Shown here: piece after piece, positions 1 through 20,199 of the stretch
Position numbering within the stretch: the first letter of the stretch is position 1
Layout of the letters: each line of letters begins with the position of its first letter
From: the human T2T-CHM13v2.0 reference genome, Homo sapiens
NCBI RefSeq assembly: GCF_009914755.1
Contig: NC_060941.1
Length of the DNA stretch: 64,000 bases
Direction: 5' to 3' (one strand)
Position numbers and translations under genes: made by a program
Notes under the pieces: model-generated
The model's database searches: none
The model's input: only the letters and a program-made list of their open reading frames with translations
Told to the model about the DNA's origin: nothing

Positions 1-223
1 CCACCACACCTGGCTAATTTTTGTATTTTTAGTAGAGATGGGGTTTCACCATGTTGGCCAGGCTGGTCTCAAACTCCTGACCTCAAGTGATCGACCCTCC
101 TCGGCCTCCCAAAGTGCTGGGATTACAGGTGTGAGCCACCACAGCTAGTCTAGAATAAATTTCTTAAAGTGAAAATATTAAGCCAAAGGAATCGATTTTT
201 GAACATTTTGTTTTATGTTATAA

Positions 224-559
<336 letters not shown>

Positions 560-902
560 TGATCCACCCGCCTCAGCCTCCCAAAGTGCTGGGATTATAC
601 GCGTGAGCCACCACGCCCAGCTAGGTACCAGTCTTTTAAATCTTTGCCAAATTGATATGGAGAAAGTCCTTTAAAAATATGTTTTTTGGATTATTGGCAT
701 AATTTTTTAAACAGCCTTAATGACATATATGATTCATCCTTGCAGTGTGCACAATTCAGTGATTTTCAGTGTATCCACAGAGTTTTGCAAACATCACCAC
801 TGTATAATTTTAGAATATTTCCGTCATCCTAAAAAAGAAACCCCAACCTCACAGTGAATTTCAGAATATTTAAAATGTCTGCTCCTTCAGTGTCACGTTT
901 CA

Positions 903-1364
<462 letters not shown>

Positions 1365-1681
1365 CTATTCTACCCTCCCCCAGTCCCTCACAACCACTAG
1401 TATGCTTTCTGTTTCTGTGAATTTGTCTTTTCTGGACATTTTATATAAGCAGATCATACAGTATATGGCCTTTTATGTCTGACTTCTTTCACTTAGCGTG
1501 ATGTTTTCAAGGTTTATCTGTATTTTAGCACCCATCAGTATCTTTTTAATGACTAATTTTGCATTTTATGGATATATCACATTTTGTTTATCTGTTCATT
1601 GGTTGAAGGACATTGCATGGCAGAAATATTTTTAAAGCTCTGAAGTTCATAATTTCAAGTGATTGTTACTTTACTGTTTTA

Positions 1682-2029
<348 letters not shown>

Positions 2030-2307
2030 TCAGTTGTATCATGGAGGCCAATCGTTTTGCAAAAGTAATATAATTGCTATATAAATATTTGCTAATAATG
2101 GAAATTCTAATTTTGGCATGTTGAATACCTGGTAAATCAGTAGTTTGATTTATATTTTCCTAAAGATACGTAGTGCGTAAACTAAGTACTCTCTCTAAAC
2201 CAGCACTGTCCAGTAGATCTGATGGAAAGATGAAAATGTACAGTCTAGTACAGTAGCTGCATGACTGTTCAGCACTTGAAATATAGCTAATACTACTGAG
2301 CTACTGA

Positions 2308-2533
<226 letters not shown>

Positions 2534-2567
2534 TAGCCAGGATGGCTTTGATATCCTGACCTTGTGA

Positions 2568-2945
<378 letters not shown>

Positions 2946-2977
2946 TGAGCCACCGCACCTGGCTAATTTAACTTTTA

Positions 2978-3127
<150 letters not shown>

Positions 3128-3355
3128 TTAGGCATGCCTGTAGTTCTAGCTAGTAGAACTTGTGCTTGAACTATAGTTCTAGCTACTGGGGAAGCTAAGG
3201 CAGGAAGATTGTTTGAGTCCACAACTTCAAGGCTGCAGTAAGCTATGATTGTGTCATTGCCCCCCAGCCTGGGTGACAGAGTGAGACCCCATTTCTAAAA
3301 ACTATTCTTAAGAAAAGCTGCCGGCCGGGTGTGGTGGCTCATGCCTGTAATCCTA

Positions 3356-3658
<303 letters not shown>

Positions 3659-3881
3659 CTAAGGTGCCCGATGAGAGGTAACAAATGGAGAATGCCCTGT
3701 GGCATGTAAGGGGAGGGGAGCTAGAAGAAAATCATGTCATCCACTTGGTATCTAATTGAGATCTAGATGGATCACAGATTTCTCCTTTGCGGTGAAACAG
3801 AAATTTTAGGGTGTTACCACTGCAGTGGGAACAGCCAAACAACCTTTTTTCTTTCGCAGTTTTCTTTTTCTTTTTTTTTGA

Positions 3882-4100
<219 letters not shown>

Positions 4101-4103
4101 TGA

Positions 4104-4250
<147 letters not shown>

Positions 4251-4760
4251 TAGTTTGCAATATTAACTCTTTTTTTCTGGAGGGAAGATATGTATTAGAA
4301 GAGTATATAAAGTAACCATTTCTGGAGATTTGGGGATGGAAAGATAACAGATCTGACTTCTGTGTTAAGTCAGCCTTAAACGCTTTTGTTTTCCCTGCTT
4401 TATTTAAAATTACTGTCTTTCAAAACCTGGAACCTTTTTTGTAGGTCAGTATTTATACAAAGAGAATTAGCAATATGAAACCTTGAGGGCCATCTGTGAG
4501 TTGCAAAGCAACACCTGTGGCTGTTAATAGCTGAGTAGCATAATCATAATTTGGAGTCATTTGACCTGACTACTAGGATTTTTTTTTTCCTAGTTCATCT
4601 ACTTATATTGTACCTTCTTTATGAGTTTTAAGTCTCTTCTCATAATTTGTTGCCTCAGTTTCTTTTTTTCCTATAAAATTATAAACAGTAATACTATATT
4701 TGCTTCCTTCCTAAAAGTATAAACATTGAGGTATTTGTTAAGGATTTCATATTCCTTTCA

Positions 4761-5175
<415 letters not shown>

Positions 5176-5271
5176 TCAACCAATTCTCCTGCCTCAGCCT
5201 CCTGAGTAGCTGGGACTACAGTTGTGCACCACCATGCCCAGCTAATTTTTTAAAAAGTTTTTTGTAGGTCA

Positions 5272-5382
<111 letters not shown>

Positions 5383-5595
5383 TTAAAAAAAAAGTTTTAT
5401 GAGCTAGATGTGGCAAACACCTCTAGTCCCAGCTGTTCAAGAGGCTGAGGTGGGAGGATCATGTGAGTCTAGGACTTCAAGGACCACCTGGGCAACATAG
5501 CAAGACCCCATCTCTAAAGTATGAAAATAAAATACTTTATGATCAGTAGAATCATATTTTCAGGTAACTACATCTTTTTATGGGTGGATTTTTAA

Positions 5596-5718
<123 letters not shown>

Positions 5719-6091
5719 TGAGCAACTGGGACTACAGGCGCCCGCCACCACGCCCAGCTGATTTTTTATATTTTTAGTAGAGACAGGGTTTCACCGTGTT
5801 AGCCAGGATGGTCTCGATCTCCTGACCTCGTGATCCGCTCACCCTGTTAGCCAGGATGGTCTCGATCTCCTGACCTCGTGATTCGCCCGTCTTGGCCTCC
5901 CAAAGTGCTGGGATTTAAAATTTTTTATCAGAAAAATTTGTATTACTTAAATGGCTGGCTATAATAGGTAGATTAATTTCATATTACTAAAATCACAGGC
6001 TGGGCGCGGTGGCTCACACCTGTAATACCAGCACTTTGGGAGGCCAAGGCAGGCAGATCACGAGGTCAGGAGATCGCGACCATCCTGACTA

Positions 6092-6337
<246 letters not shown>

Positions 6338-6611
6338 TTATTTATTTATTTAGTGAGACAGAGTTTTGCTCTTTTGTCCAGGCTGGAGTGAAGTGGCACG
6401 CTCTTGGCTCACTGCAACCTCTGCCTGCCCCAGGTTCAAATGATTCTCCTGCCTCAGCCTCCGGAGTAGCTGGGATTACAGGTGCATGCCACCATGTCTG
6501 GTTAATTTTTGTATTTTTAGTAGAGATGGGGTTTCACAATCTTGGCCAGACTGGTCTACTTGATAATTTTCAAAGAGACTCACCTAATTTTCTTACATTT
6601 TGTTTTTGTAG

Positions 6612-6678
6612 GTAATTTTAACCAATCAGATGACAACAAAGATTGATAGAAATCAGGCCTTGCTTGTTCCTGCATTAG
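6612..6678 (+). CDS. RAD51C: RAD51C coding exon 6 (VILTNQMTTKIDRNQALLVPAL-G)
   Basis: tttttgtag acceptor at 6610-6611 and gtgggt donor at 6679; 67 nt; translation has the RecA/RAD51-family TNQ motif and matches RAD51C. Confidence 0.97.
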
Positions 6679-6985
6679 GTGGGTAATTAATCAGATAAAC
6701 ATTTTAGTTTATCACAGTTTTTCTTATCTCTTTCATTTGATTCTCATTGAGTACTATACGCTTCATGAAAGCAGACTGTATTTGTCTTGTTCACTGGTTA
6801 ATCTTAGCACTAAGCACAGTACCGTTAGATACTGATTGTTCCTTTTAGTTATTTAACATTTATTGAGTGGCCAGACACAGTGTCCCACACCTGTAATCCC
6901 AACACCTTGGGAGGCCGAGGCGGATCACTTGAGGCCAGGAGTTCAAGACCAGCCTGGCCAATATGGTGAAACCCCATCTCTACTA

Positions 6986-7159
<174 letters not shown>

Positions 7160-7333
7160 CTACTGTCTGGCAACTGTTGTGTCAAAGATTCTTGCCCCCA
7201 GGGAGTTCACAGTGTTAGGGAGAAGGAAAGGTGAATCCACTTAAATACAAATCACACTACAGTGAATATCGTGGTTTTGTTAGAATGTAGTGCTTCAAGA
7301 TTTATTTCCACTAAAATCTTAAAGAATATTCTA

Positions 7334-7654
<321 letters not shown>

Positions 7655-8189
7655 CTAGTTTTCAACTAATGGCATAGATCATTCTATAAACAGATAATGT
7701 AGTAAAGGTTACAATAGAAAGTACAGGGTACTGTACAAAGGACGGATTCTAACCTGGCCCAGGTGAGCAGGATGAAAAGGAGGAAGGTTAGGGAAGGGAG
7801 TGTAATAGTCTGTCATGTTTCTTCCAGCTGTTTTTGTCATTTTCTATCACCCACTTAAGCAAGAGCTTCCTAATGTTTGGATCCACTCAGGGGTAATCAA
7901 ACTCAGCCTTTCTCAAACTCATGCCCTCAGCACACTATGATAAATCAGAAAGCAAATTTATAAATTTAGTGAGAATTACAGTTGTCAAGCAGAATGAAGT
8001 TTATGTTTTCTAGTCAGTTTATTTTCTTCCCAGATACCAGGAAGTTGGGAAAGCAGGGGTTCAGAGTTGGTAAGCAGAGAAGCAAATAAATGGAAATGGA
8101 TGCCCTCAGGAATATTATGCTTAAGTTGTGATAATTCTGATGCCCTCCTTGGTTTACTAGCAGAACGCCCTTTACCTTGGATATTGCTA

Positions 8190-8390
8190 GGATATTGTTC
8201 AATAGAATGGTCAGTTATGATAGAAGTGTTCTATGTCTGTGCTCTTCAGTACAGTAGCCCTTGCTACATGTGGCTATTGAGGCATTTAAAATGTGGCTAA
8301 TGCAGCTGTGGAATGGAATGTTTAATTGAATTTTACTTAAATTTAAATTGCACATGTGGCAAGTGACTGCCCTGTTGTGTAGTGCAGCAC
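8190..8390. mobile_element. MER3-like hAT-Charlie MITE
   Basis: ctacatgtggctattgag...aaatgtggcta...cacatgtggc motifs. Confidence 0.65.
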
Positions 8391-9184
8391 TGGATAAACA
8401 TAACTCCTGTGTTCTAGACTCCAATCCCACCATTAGCTTTCTGTTTTTGACAGTGTTTGCTAGTATGATAGGTCACTGCTCATTTTACATTACTATCAGT
8501 TTAGTTTCCTTTATATTTCAGAGGCTCCCTAATCCCTTAAAGAGATTTAAAAATCAACGTAGACCACTTCTGTATGAAAATAAGATGGCTGAATTTGCTT
8601 TGATTGGAATTAGGAACTGGCGCTCTCTTTGCTAGTTCTGGAATTTGGCCAGGATGCACATCAAAATCTCATTCCTACCCTCCTGATTTGCCTCATGCAA
8701 ACTTTGTTGCTGTGTCTGTTCTTTGGTCTTCTATTGCTGTGTCTCAGCTTTAGATTATATGTCTTGCGTAGAAATGGATCATCAGAATGCAACAGGCAGA
8801 AGACTTAGAATTGCAAATCAGTAGGGTAATGACAAACCCTTTGAGCTGAGTGGGACTGAAAAGTAACCTAACATATAACCTATTAGTAATTGTTAACCAT
8901 GAAGATTTTCAGTGCTGGACACATAAATTGCTGAGTTCAACTGCCCTCTTTGCCCTCCAAATCTAGCATAAAACAAATTGGTGATCTCAGGCCAGTTTCA
9001 CACCTAATATGACTAATAATAAAAGTCTTGTGTTTCAGGAACTCAGTTTGTCCAAACCTGAGCCCATCATCTCTACCTCACAAATTATATCCACCTTTTC
9101 ATTTCCTTGCACTGTGTCTGCATGATATGATAATACTCCCAAGCACTATTGCTTAAATCTTGAGTTACACTTAATGCTTTTTTT

Positions 9185-9568
9185 TTTGGTCTTTTTTCTT
9201 TTTAATGTGAAATAGAATATACAAATGAAAATGTATATTTAGAAGAACAATAATAAATGTCCAGGTGCCCATTGCTCAGACTGACAAATGGAACATTACT
9301 ACCCCCCAGGAGCCTCGTATGCTCTCCCCCCAAGAGGCAACCACTATCCTGAATTTTGTGTAATTGTCACCTAGCTTTTATAGATTTTACTGTCTGTGTA
9401 TCCCTAATAGTTGCTTATTTCTAGCCTTTATATAAATAGAATTATACTGTATATGACTGACAACTTTTGCTCATTATTATTTTTTGATTCATCCATGTTG
9501 ATGTGTGACACTGTAGTTCATTTCGATGACATGAATATGCCACAACTTAATTATATATTCTGTTGATG
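9185..9568 (-). mobile_element. Old L1M 3' fragment, truncated at 9568
   Basis: caaccactatcctgaattttgtg, ttcatccatgttg and ttctgttgatg motifs. Confidence 0.7.
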
Positions 9569-9905
9569 TCAAAAAAAAAAAAAGAATATTCTACCAGAGT
9601 TTTTACTTTTCTTCTGGAGGTCAGAAATACGTTAGGCTTGATGATATGGAAAATTGACACATATATGGACTCAGACAATAAAGTTTTCTAAAAGCAAATA
9701 GAGAATAATGATTTGCAGTATTTCCCTAGATAGGTAAAAACCTTGTAATCTCAGGATATTACTCATTTTCCAGGTTTTTTGAAAGCAAGTATACTTTCGT
9801 TATGTTAAATTAATAAAGTAAGATTATATTTGATCAGAGGCGTTCTGAGAAATGTATAACCAAGTCAGTAAGGCCATATACAGTTATTATGTTTTTTACT
9901 CTCAG

Positions 9906-9966
9906 GGGAAAGTTGGGGACATGCTGCTACAATACGGCTAATCTTTCATTGGGACCGAAAGCAAAG
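9906..9966 (+). CDS. RAD51C: RAD51C coding exon 7 ([21 protein letters not shown])
   Basis: tactctcag acceptor and gtcagt donor; 61 nt; continues exon 6 frame (phase 1). Confidence 0.97.
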
Positions 9967-11751
9967 GTCAGTACAGAAACAAGTTAATAACTCCGAATAT
10001 TGGGTTAATTATACTGAATGAACACTTACAGGTTTCTTAGAGCTAGTCCTGTGGATGAGATATACAGTGACCCATGAAGTGACACTTTTGTTGCCTTGTC
10101 TGATATCACCTAGAGCAAACATAGAAATGTGTTGTTATTACTGCATATTTAGCTACATAGGAAATTCTCTGGAATATTTAAATGATGGGGCGCATGCACC
10201 TGAAATGAGTAGGTGGCCAAGGAATGCCATTTTCTAAAGCTCTTCGAAATAATTTATTAGCCATGTAGAAGGAGGTGAGTACTCTGTGTTCCTGGAAGAG
10301 ATTGAAAAAAAAAAGAATAAAATCAGGACAAAAGGAAAATTGTTGAGGTTACCTTTAAAATTAATTTATTTGGAACATACGATGGTTTCTCTTATTTGCT
10401 TAGTATATTTCTTGTATGAAATTGTGTCTGTTTTTTTTTTTATTTTGTATTTTGCTGTCCAGCTTTTATTATCCAGTTACTTACCTGCATTTCACAAGTA
10501 TTGTTCTTTAAAAGTATGGCAGCATGAAATCTTTGTATTTGTTTTTAAAGCTGCTGAGCAAGTGAACAAACCAGCTTTTATTTTCTTGAAAATAGACCAT
10601 TGAAAGCTGTGAAGTCTTTTCTACACTTCTAGAAAATGTCAGATTCATGCTAGCCTCTCCGCTTTGTGATTAATTGGTATAACCTAGAGGTCTTGGTTTG
10701 GAAATGCTCTAATAAAGGGAGAAATTAAAATGGCATGTGGGCAAAGATGGAATAAAAGGTCACTTAAATACATATTGGGCCTAGCCAGTGAAAATGTCTA
10801 TTTTTTAATCTATATTTCTTTGTTGTTCTACAAACTGAAAAAAATCCTGCCTGACCAAGTTAGGTTTTACGGACCTGAAGCTCATAACAGAATGATTACA
10901 CTTCTGTATATATCTTTTGCAACTGATCGTGCAGTTTGGGTCTTCTTTAAAAATGGTATTTGCAAAGAGCTCAGGTAGTGTTTTTTTTCCCCCACAATAC
11001 GTAGTGCTTTACTATTGACTGTCGCCCCCTAATTTAAACACATTTTTTACTCTAAACCAGTATGACTGGTAAATCCTCCCCCTAATTTTTTTTCTATGAT
11101 CACAATTTAAGGTAGTTCCTCCTAGTTTTGTAAGTAAGTTGCTGTATACTAGAGTCACAAAAGGAGTTATTTTCTCGGCACCAAACCTTATTGTAAAGAT
11201 TTGGCAACAGTTCTCCAGCTGTCTTTTGAACATATTGCTTATACTTTCCCAGTTTTAGGTTATTCTGTAAAGCACATTCCGTCATTTATTTTTTCATAGG
11301 AATTACGCCTGAGTTAGTATACAGTAGTCTTCTTCAGACTATAATTAAATATTTACTAATAAAATGCATTTAAGAAGAAAAATAATAGGAACAGAGCAAG
11401 ATATTTCATCTTTTTATGAACTCAACAGGAGGAAAAGTTTGCCTTCTTTGTCAAGTTCTAGAAGTTAGCATTGATAAGTTATCCAAGAGATCAGAAAATC
11501 ACGCTTACCATGAGTTAACCATTGTATGAATTCACCTTCTTACAAATCCTTCCCAAGAAATTAGAAACTAAAGTACATGGCCGGATGCAGTGGCTCACAC
11601 CTGTAATCTCATCACTTTGGGAGGCTGAGGTAGGTGGATCATGGGGTCAAGAGATCAAGACCATCCTGGCCAACATGGTGAAACCCCATCTCTACTAAAA
11701 ATAAAAAATTAGCTGGGCGTGATGGCACACACCTTTAGTCCCAGCTACTCA

Positions 11752-11979
<228 letters not shown>

Positions 11980-12226
11980 TTAATTCTTATTTTTATTTTA
12001 TTTATTTTTCATACTCTCATTTTAGTGAGTGCTTGCTTGTGCTAGGTATTTTACTAGGCACTTTAAATATAACATTTCAGATAATCTTTTCAATAATTAT
12101 TTGCAGAATGTATACCTATTATTATTAAAAGAAAACCAAGGCCCAGAAAGGTTAACTGAATAAGTAGTAAATAATAGCTACTATTTATTGAATATTTCTT
12201 AACTGTCCTTTATTGTGCAAAGCACT

Positions 12227-12780
12227 GTATGTATATATGTGTACATATATACGTGTATGTATATATGTGTATATATATAGATTATATGTATATATGTGTA
12301 TACGTATAGATGTATATACATATGTATATATGTGTATACGTATAGATGTATATACATATGTATATATGTGTATACGTATAGATGTATATACATATGTATA
12401 TATGTGTATACGTATAGATGTATATACATATGTATATATGTGTATACGTATAGATGTATATACATATGTATATATGTGTATACGTATAGATGTATATACA
12501 TATGTATATATGTGTATACGTATAGATGTATATACATATGTATATATGTGTATACGTATAGATGTATATACATATGTATATATGTGTATACGTATAGATG
12601 TATATACATATGTATATATGTGTATACGTATAGATGTATATACATATGTATATATGTGTATACATATAGATGTATATATGTATATACGTGTATGTATATA
12701 TGTGTATACGTATAGATGTATATACGTATACGTATAGATGTATATACATATACGTATGTATATGTGTGTGTATATATATA
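12227..12780. repeat. AT-rich 36-bp minisatellite (tatatatgtgtatacgtatagatgtatatacatatg, about 11 copies) with degenerate (TA)/(TG) flanks
   Basis: identical 36-nt period; 12-aa repeating ORFs in several frames. Confidence 0.97.
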
Positions 12781-12822
12781 ATTTCATGTTATTTTCCACG
12801 TAAATCTTTGAAATAGTGTTAC

Positions 12823-12863
12823 CAGATGAGATCAGGCACATTCAGGGTGGTATGGCTGTAGAC
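12823..12863 (-). pseudogene. 5S rRNA 5'-end retro-fragment (tailless retropseudogene)
   Basis: reverse complement GTCTACAGCCATACCACCCTGAATGTGCCTGATCTCATCTG matches 5S rRNA nt 1-41 with CpG-decay changes only; flanked by degenerate direct repeat tgaaatagtgtta / tgaaaatagtatta. Confidence 0.9.
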
Positions 12864-12872
12864 TGAAAATAG

Positions 12873-13107
<235 letters not shown>

Positions 13108-13225
13108 TAGCCAGGATGGTCTCGATCTTCTGACCTCGTGATCCACCCGCCTCGGCCTCCCAAAGTGCTGGGATTACAGGCATGAGCCACCGCACCCGGC
13201 CTTATAAACTTTTTTTTTTTTTTGA

Positions 13226-13384
<159 letters not shown>

Positions 13385-14220
13385 TAGTAGAGGTGGGATT
13401 TCACTATGTTGGCCAGGCTGGTCTTGAACTCCTGATGTCAGGTGACCTGCCCACCTCAGCCTCTCAAAGTGCTGGGATTACAGGCATGAGCCACCGCACT
13501 CGGCCATAGCTGACTTTATGGAGTTCATTTCTTTTCTTCTATAATAACTGTTTCTAGAAGGTAATTGTAGTATTGTGTTGATTGCCAGCCAATCTGAATA
13601 TGTAGCTTACTCCTTTTTTTAGGTAAAATCTTTTTTCTTCAAACTTTTTTTTTTCGGGCTGTGGATATATGATAAATAATGTACATACTTTATGTAATCA
13701 AAATAAATTGACCTCATTTAATAGCATTAAAGTAGTTTTGTTCTTTATCATTTGAAACCTGACATCTTTAAGTTGTTAAAGTTGCATGAACTTGAGCCCA
13801 GAAGTTGGAGAACAGCCTGGCCGAAATGGCAAGACACCACCTCTATAGATAATAAAAAATTAGCCAGGTGTGGTGGTGCACACCTATAGTTCTAGCTGTT
13901 TGGGAGGCCAGAGTTGGGAAAATCACTTGAGCCCTGGAAGTCAGGGTGGCAGTGAGCTATGATTGAGCTATTATACTTCAGGCTGGGCCGCAAAATGGGA
14001 CCCCATCTCTAAGATATTAAAAAAAAAAAAAAAGTTACATGAGGCCGGGCGCAGTGGCTGACACCTGTAATCCCAGCACTTTGGGAGGCCAAGGCAGGTG
14101 GATCACCTGAGGTTGGGAGTTCTAGACCAGCCTGGCCAATATGGGGAAACTGTGTCTCTACTAAAAATACAAAAAAATTAGCCAGGCATGGTGGCGGGCA
14201 CCTGTAATCCCAACTACTCA

Positions 14221-14361
<141 letters not shown>

Positions 14362-14440
14362 TTATGCTTTTTAAATTTTAGGTTATTTTAAAAGGATGGA
14401 AATAGAAATTCATATCAGGGAAAAATAGTTATAAAAATGA

Positions 14441-14785
<345 letters not shown>

Positions 14786-15248
14786 TAAAAATCTTGAATA
14801 GCCAAATTATATTGGGCATTGAACTTAGGTGTGCTGTCTCATGCCCCAGCCCCTGTCCTTCACCAGTAACACCTGATTTTTACCCTTAGACTAATGATGG
14901 AATAATATTCCAACAGTTATTAAAAGAAATACTTTTGTCTATGTCCTTATATTATGTGAGTTTTCCTCCAATTTGCATATTCATGGTTATATGAGGCCAA
15001 GATTATTCAGAATTACACTACTCTTTGCCAAGACGATCTGGTGGTAGAGTGGAGTAATAAATCAACACCCCCACACAGTGTTTCATATGTGTGCTCAGTT
15101 TTAGAGCACAAATTGTGCTTCTGTCTTATTTCTTCCTGACCCAAACTATGTAGTTCAGCCATATGTTAAGCTACATCTCAGCTGGGGCCATGAGCCAAGT
15201 GATTCTTTGGTTTAGTTTTCATTTTAAAAGATCTCTGAAGAGACATGA

Positions 15249-15483
<235 letters not shown>

Positions 15484-15642
15484 TGAGATGGGGTTTCTCC
15501 ATGTTGGTCAGGCTGGCCTCGAATTCTCGACCTCAGGTGATCCACCTCGGCCTCCCAAAGGGCTGGGATTACAGGTGTGAGCCACCGCGCCCGGCCTGAG
15601 GATGATTTTCAACCTGAATAATTAATGCCCCTTTGACTTTAG

Positions 15643-15927
<285 letters not shown>

Positions 15928-16205
15928 TAGACATGAGCCACTGTGCCCGGCCGACTTTAGGATTCTTAACAAGCATGTAAATGCTTCTTAAAAGCTTTTC
16001 ACTTTTTAATAATTTCCTCAGGATAGATGTACTAGGCACCTTTTTTGGACATACTGTTGATATGAGGTGATTTAGATACCAATTTTTCAGAAGGCTAGCT
16101 GATTTTCATCATTCAAAAAATGACTTCTTAATAAGGCAGGTTAAAATACACCTTGCCTCTCTTTTTCTGTGAATTTTTGCATTAAAGATAGATTATCAAC
16201 CCTAG

Positions 16206-16487
<282 letters not shown>

Positions 16488-16869
16488 TGACCTCGTGATC
16501 TGCCTGCCTCAGCCTCCCAAAGTGCTGGGATTACAGGCGTGAGCCACCGCACCCAGCCTCAACATAGCTATTCTTGTATTACATATTACTTAGCAATTAT
16601 TTATGTTTAAAGTTGCAATTACAGAGTATAGAACATTTTGGATTCTGCTGTATTTTGGTCTGTGTTTTTCTTTTGAATTGTGTCTGAGAAGAGGGGCAAT
16701 TTCAAAATTAAGAGAGTAACAGATCATAGCCAAAATGTCCTTTTTGAATTGTCTTTGAAAACAAATCATTCTATTTTGTGTAAGTAAATGACCCTTATAA
16801 CTCTGAGAATCTTATTTTCCTCTAGGTTAGAATCTGTATTTTTTAGATCAGTTTCATTACATTGTGCTA

Positions 16870-17310
16870 AAACATGTATATAACATAAAATTTACCATTT
16901 TATGTTTACATATAGTTCACTGGCATTAGGTACATTCATATTGTGCAGCCATCATCATCCATTTTCAGACCTTTTTCATCTTCCCATACTGAAACTCTGT
17001 ACCCATTAAATGCTAACTCATTCTTTTTTACCCCCAGCCCCTGACAATCACCATTCTACCTTCTGTCTCTGAATTTTACTCCTCTAGCAACCCCATATAA
17101 TTGGAATCATATAATACTTGTTCTGATGTGACTGGCTTATTTCACTTAGTATAATGTCTTCAAGGCTCATTTATGTTGTAGCATGTGTCAGAATTTTCTT
17201 CCTTAAGTCTGCATATTCCATTGTATGTACATACCACATTTTGTTTATTCATCTGTGGATGCACACTTGGGTTGCTTCCACCTTCTGGCTATTGTGAATA
17301 AGTTACAGTG
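16870..17310 (-). mobile_element. L1MB-like 3' fragment
   Basis: cataaaatttaccatttt...gcattaggtacattca...ggttgcttccacctt motifs. Confidence 0.75.
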
Positions 17311-17327
17311 TATCAGTTTTAAAGTAA

Positions 17328-17848
<521 letters not shown>

Positions 17849-18524
17849 TAGAGATGGGGGTCTCACTATGTTGCCCAGGATGGCTTCAAACTCCTGGTCT
17901 CAAGTGATCCTCATGCCTTGCCCTCCTAAAGAGCTGGGATTACAGACATGAGCCACCATGCCTAGGTGCATCATTTTAAAACAATGTCGTCCTAGCTATT
18001 TTTATTGGGTGTAATATGAGTAAGTGTTTCTCATTTGTAGTATAAGAAATTATCATAATTCTTCAGCAATAATTAAAAAAACATGATTACTGCAGACAGT
18101 TTGGAAAATATAAGCAAGCAACCTTTACCTTGTGATAACAGCTTTTAACTTCTTGATTGTAGTCTTCTATCAATTCTTTTAGATGTGCGTATACATACTT
18201 ATAAATATGGGATAATACAGTATAACTATTATTTAGTATATTATTAATACTTTCCTATCTCATTGAATATTTTCTTCCACGTTTAGTTTTTAGCATAAGT
18301 AATATCTCATCATATGTAAAATAATTTATTTGAATCAGTCATTGGACTTTTAGGTTGCTTTAAAATTTCATATAAACTCTGTTATATACATACGGGTAAT
18401 TTGAAGGGTGTATTTTTAATATTTCTCTCCTTTTTGTGTTCTTAGAGAAAAAATAGAATTATTAATATAATAAACCTATACATTTAAATAATGAGTTTGG
18501 TCATCTGAACTTTTAATTAATTAA

Positions 18525-18638
<114 letters not shown>

Positions 18639-19085
18639 TGATTAGAGTGGGATTTTGATATTGATGGGCGGTAATTATCTAAAGAGAGAATTTACAACTT
18701 GCTTCTGTCAACTTCTGTAGGCAGCAAGCATATTTGAGGACAGCTTTTGATGCTTAGAACATTGTCCCCAAAATAGTAGTATATACAGAATATTGTAGTC
18801 ACAAATGGACTGAAATTTATTCTTAAGAGCAGAGGAAATACTTATTTTGGGGTAGTGTGTTCCATGCCATATGTAATGTCAGGATATTAAAAATCTTTAA
18901 AGTGAAAGTTGTTGAAGATTTCCAGAAAAGAAAAAATACTAACATTACTTATTTTGGTCTGTAGGTATTATAGATCTATTGTAGCACCAAATATAGCCCA
19001 CTTTAAGATGTTAATTCTTCTGTGAATTTACATCATAGAACACACATTTTTTGGCTGAAATATGCATATTTATCAATAGTGTTGA

Positions 19086-19310
<225 letters not shown>

Positions 19311-19756
19311 TAGTCTCAAACTCCTGACCTCAAGTGATCCGCCCTTCTCAGCCTTCCAAAATTCTGGGATTACAGGCGTGAGCCACCGAGCCCGGCTTTA
19401 TCTCATTTTTATAACAACAAAAACAGAAATAGAGATTCTGAAACTGAATTATCCACTTAGTCTTTGCAGTACCCAGGTGTACTTGAAATATCCTAGTTGG
19501 GGAAAAAAAAGAGAGAGAGAAATATCATAGTTGGAAAACTTTAGAGTATTTAATTATGAAAATAAATCTGTAAAGTACCTAAGACTTAGGTTATTTCCTT
19601 TTACTTCTAACAAAGCTATCGTAAAGTTTGTTAGGATTGACCTTTAGAGAACATTTTTATAATGCAATGTTATTTCTGTGCGTGTGTATGCAAGGGTATA
19701 AATAAGTATATATAAAATACTCTTAATATAGCCCGGGCTTTGGCACGTATCCATGA

Positions 19757-20026
<270 letters not shown>

Positions 20027-20199
20027 TGACCTCATGATCTGCCCACCTCAGCCTCCCAAAGTGCTGGGATTACAGGTGTGAGCCACTGCGCCTGGCCCTA
20101 GAATAAAGTAGCTTTCTTATTAGTTACTTAAAAATATTTCTAAGATCAGTCTTCAAATGTTCTTAAAGCATATTTGTATATATATTTTTTATCTTTCAG

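Noticed and set aside
12289-12680. CRISPR-like 36-bp periodicity
   Set aside because: Head-to-tail identical units with no unique spacers; eukaryotic VNTR
12185-12841. Five overlapping Y/I/V/T-rich ORFs up to 218 aa
   Set aside because: Artefact of a stop-free 36-bp minisatellite
19731-19752. 7SL/Alu-head-like snippet gcccgggctttggcacgtatcc
   Set aside because: Too short and divergent to call
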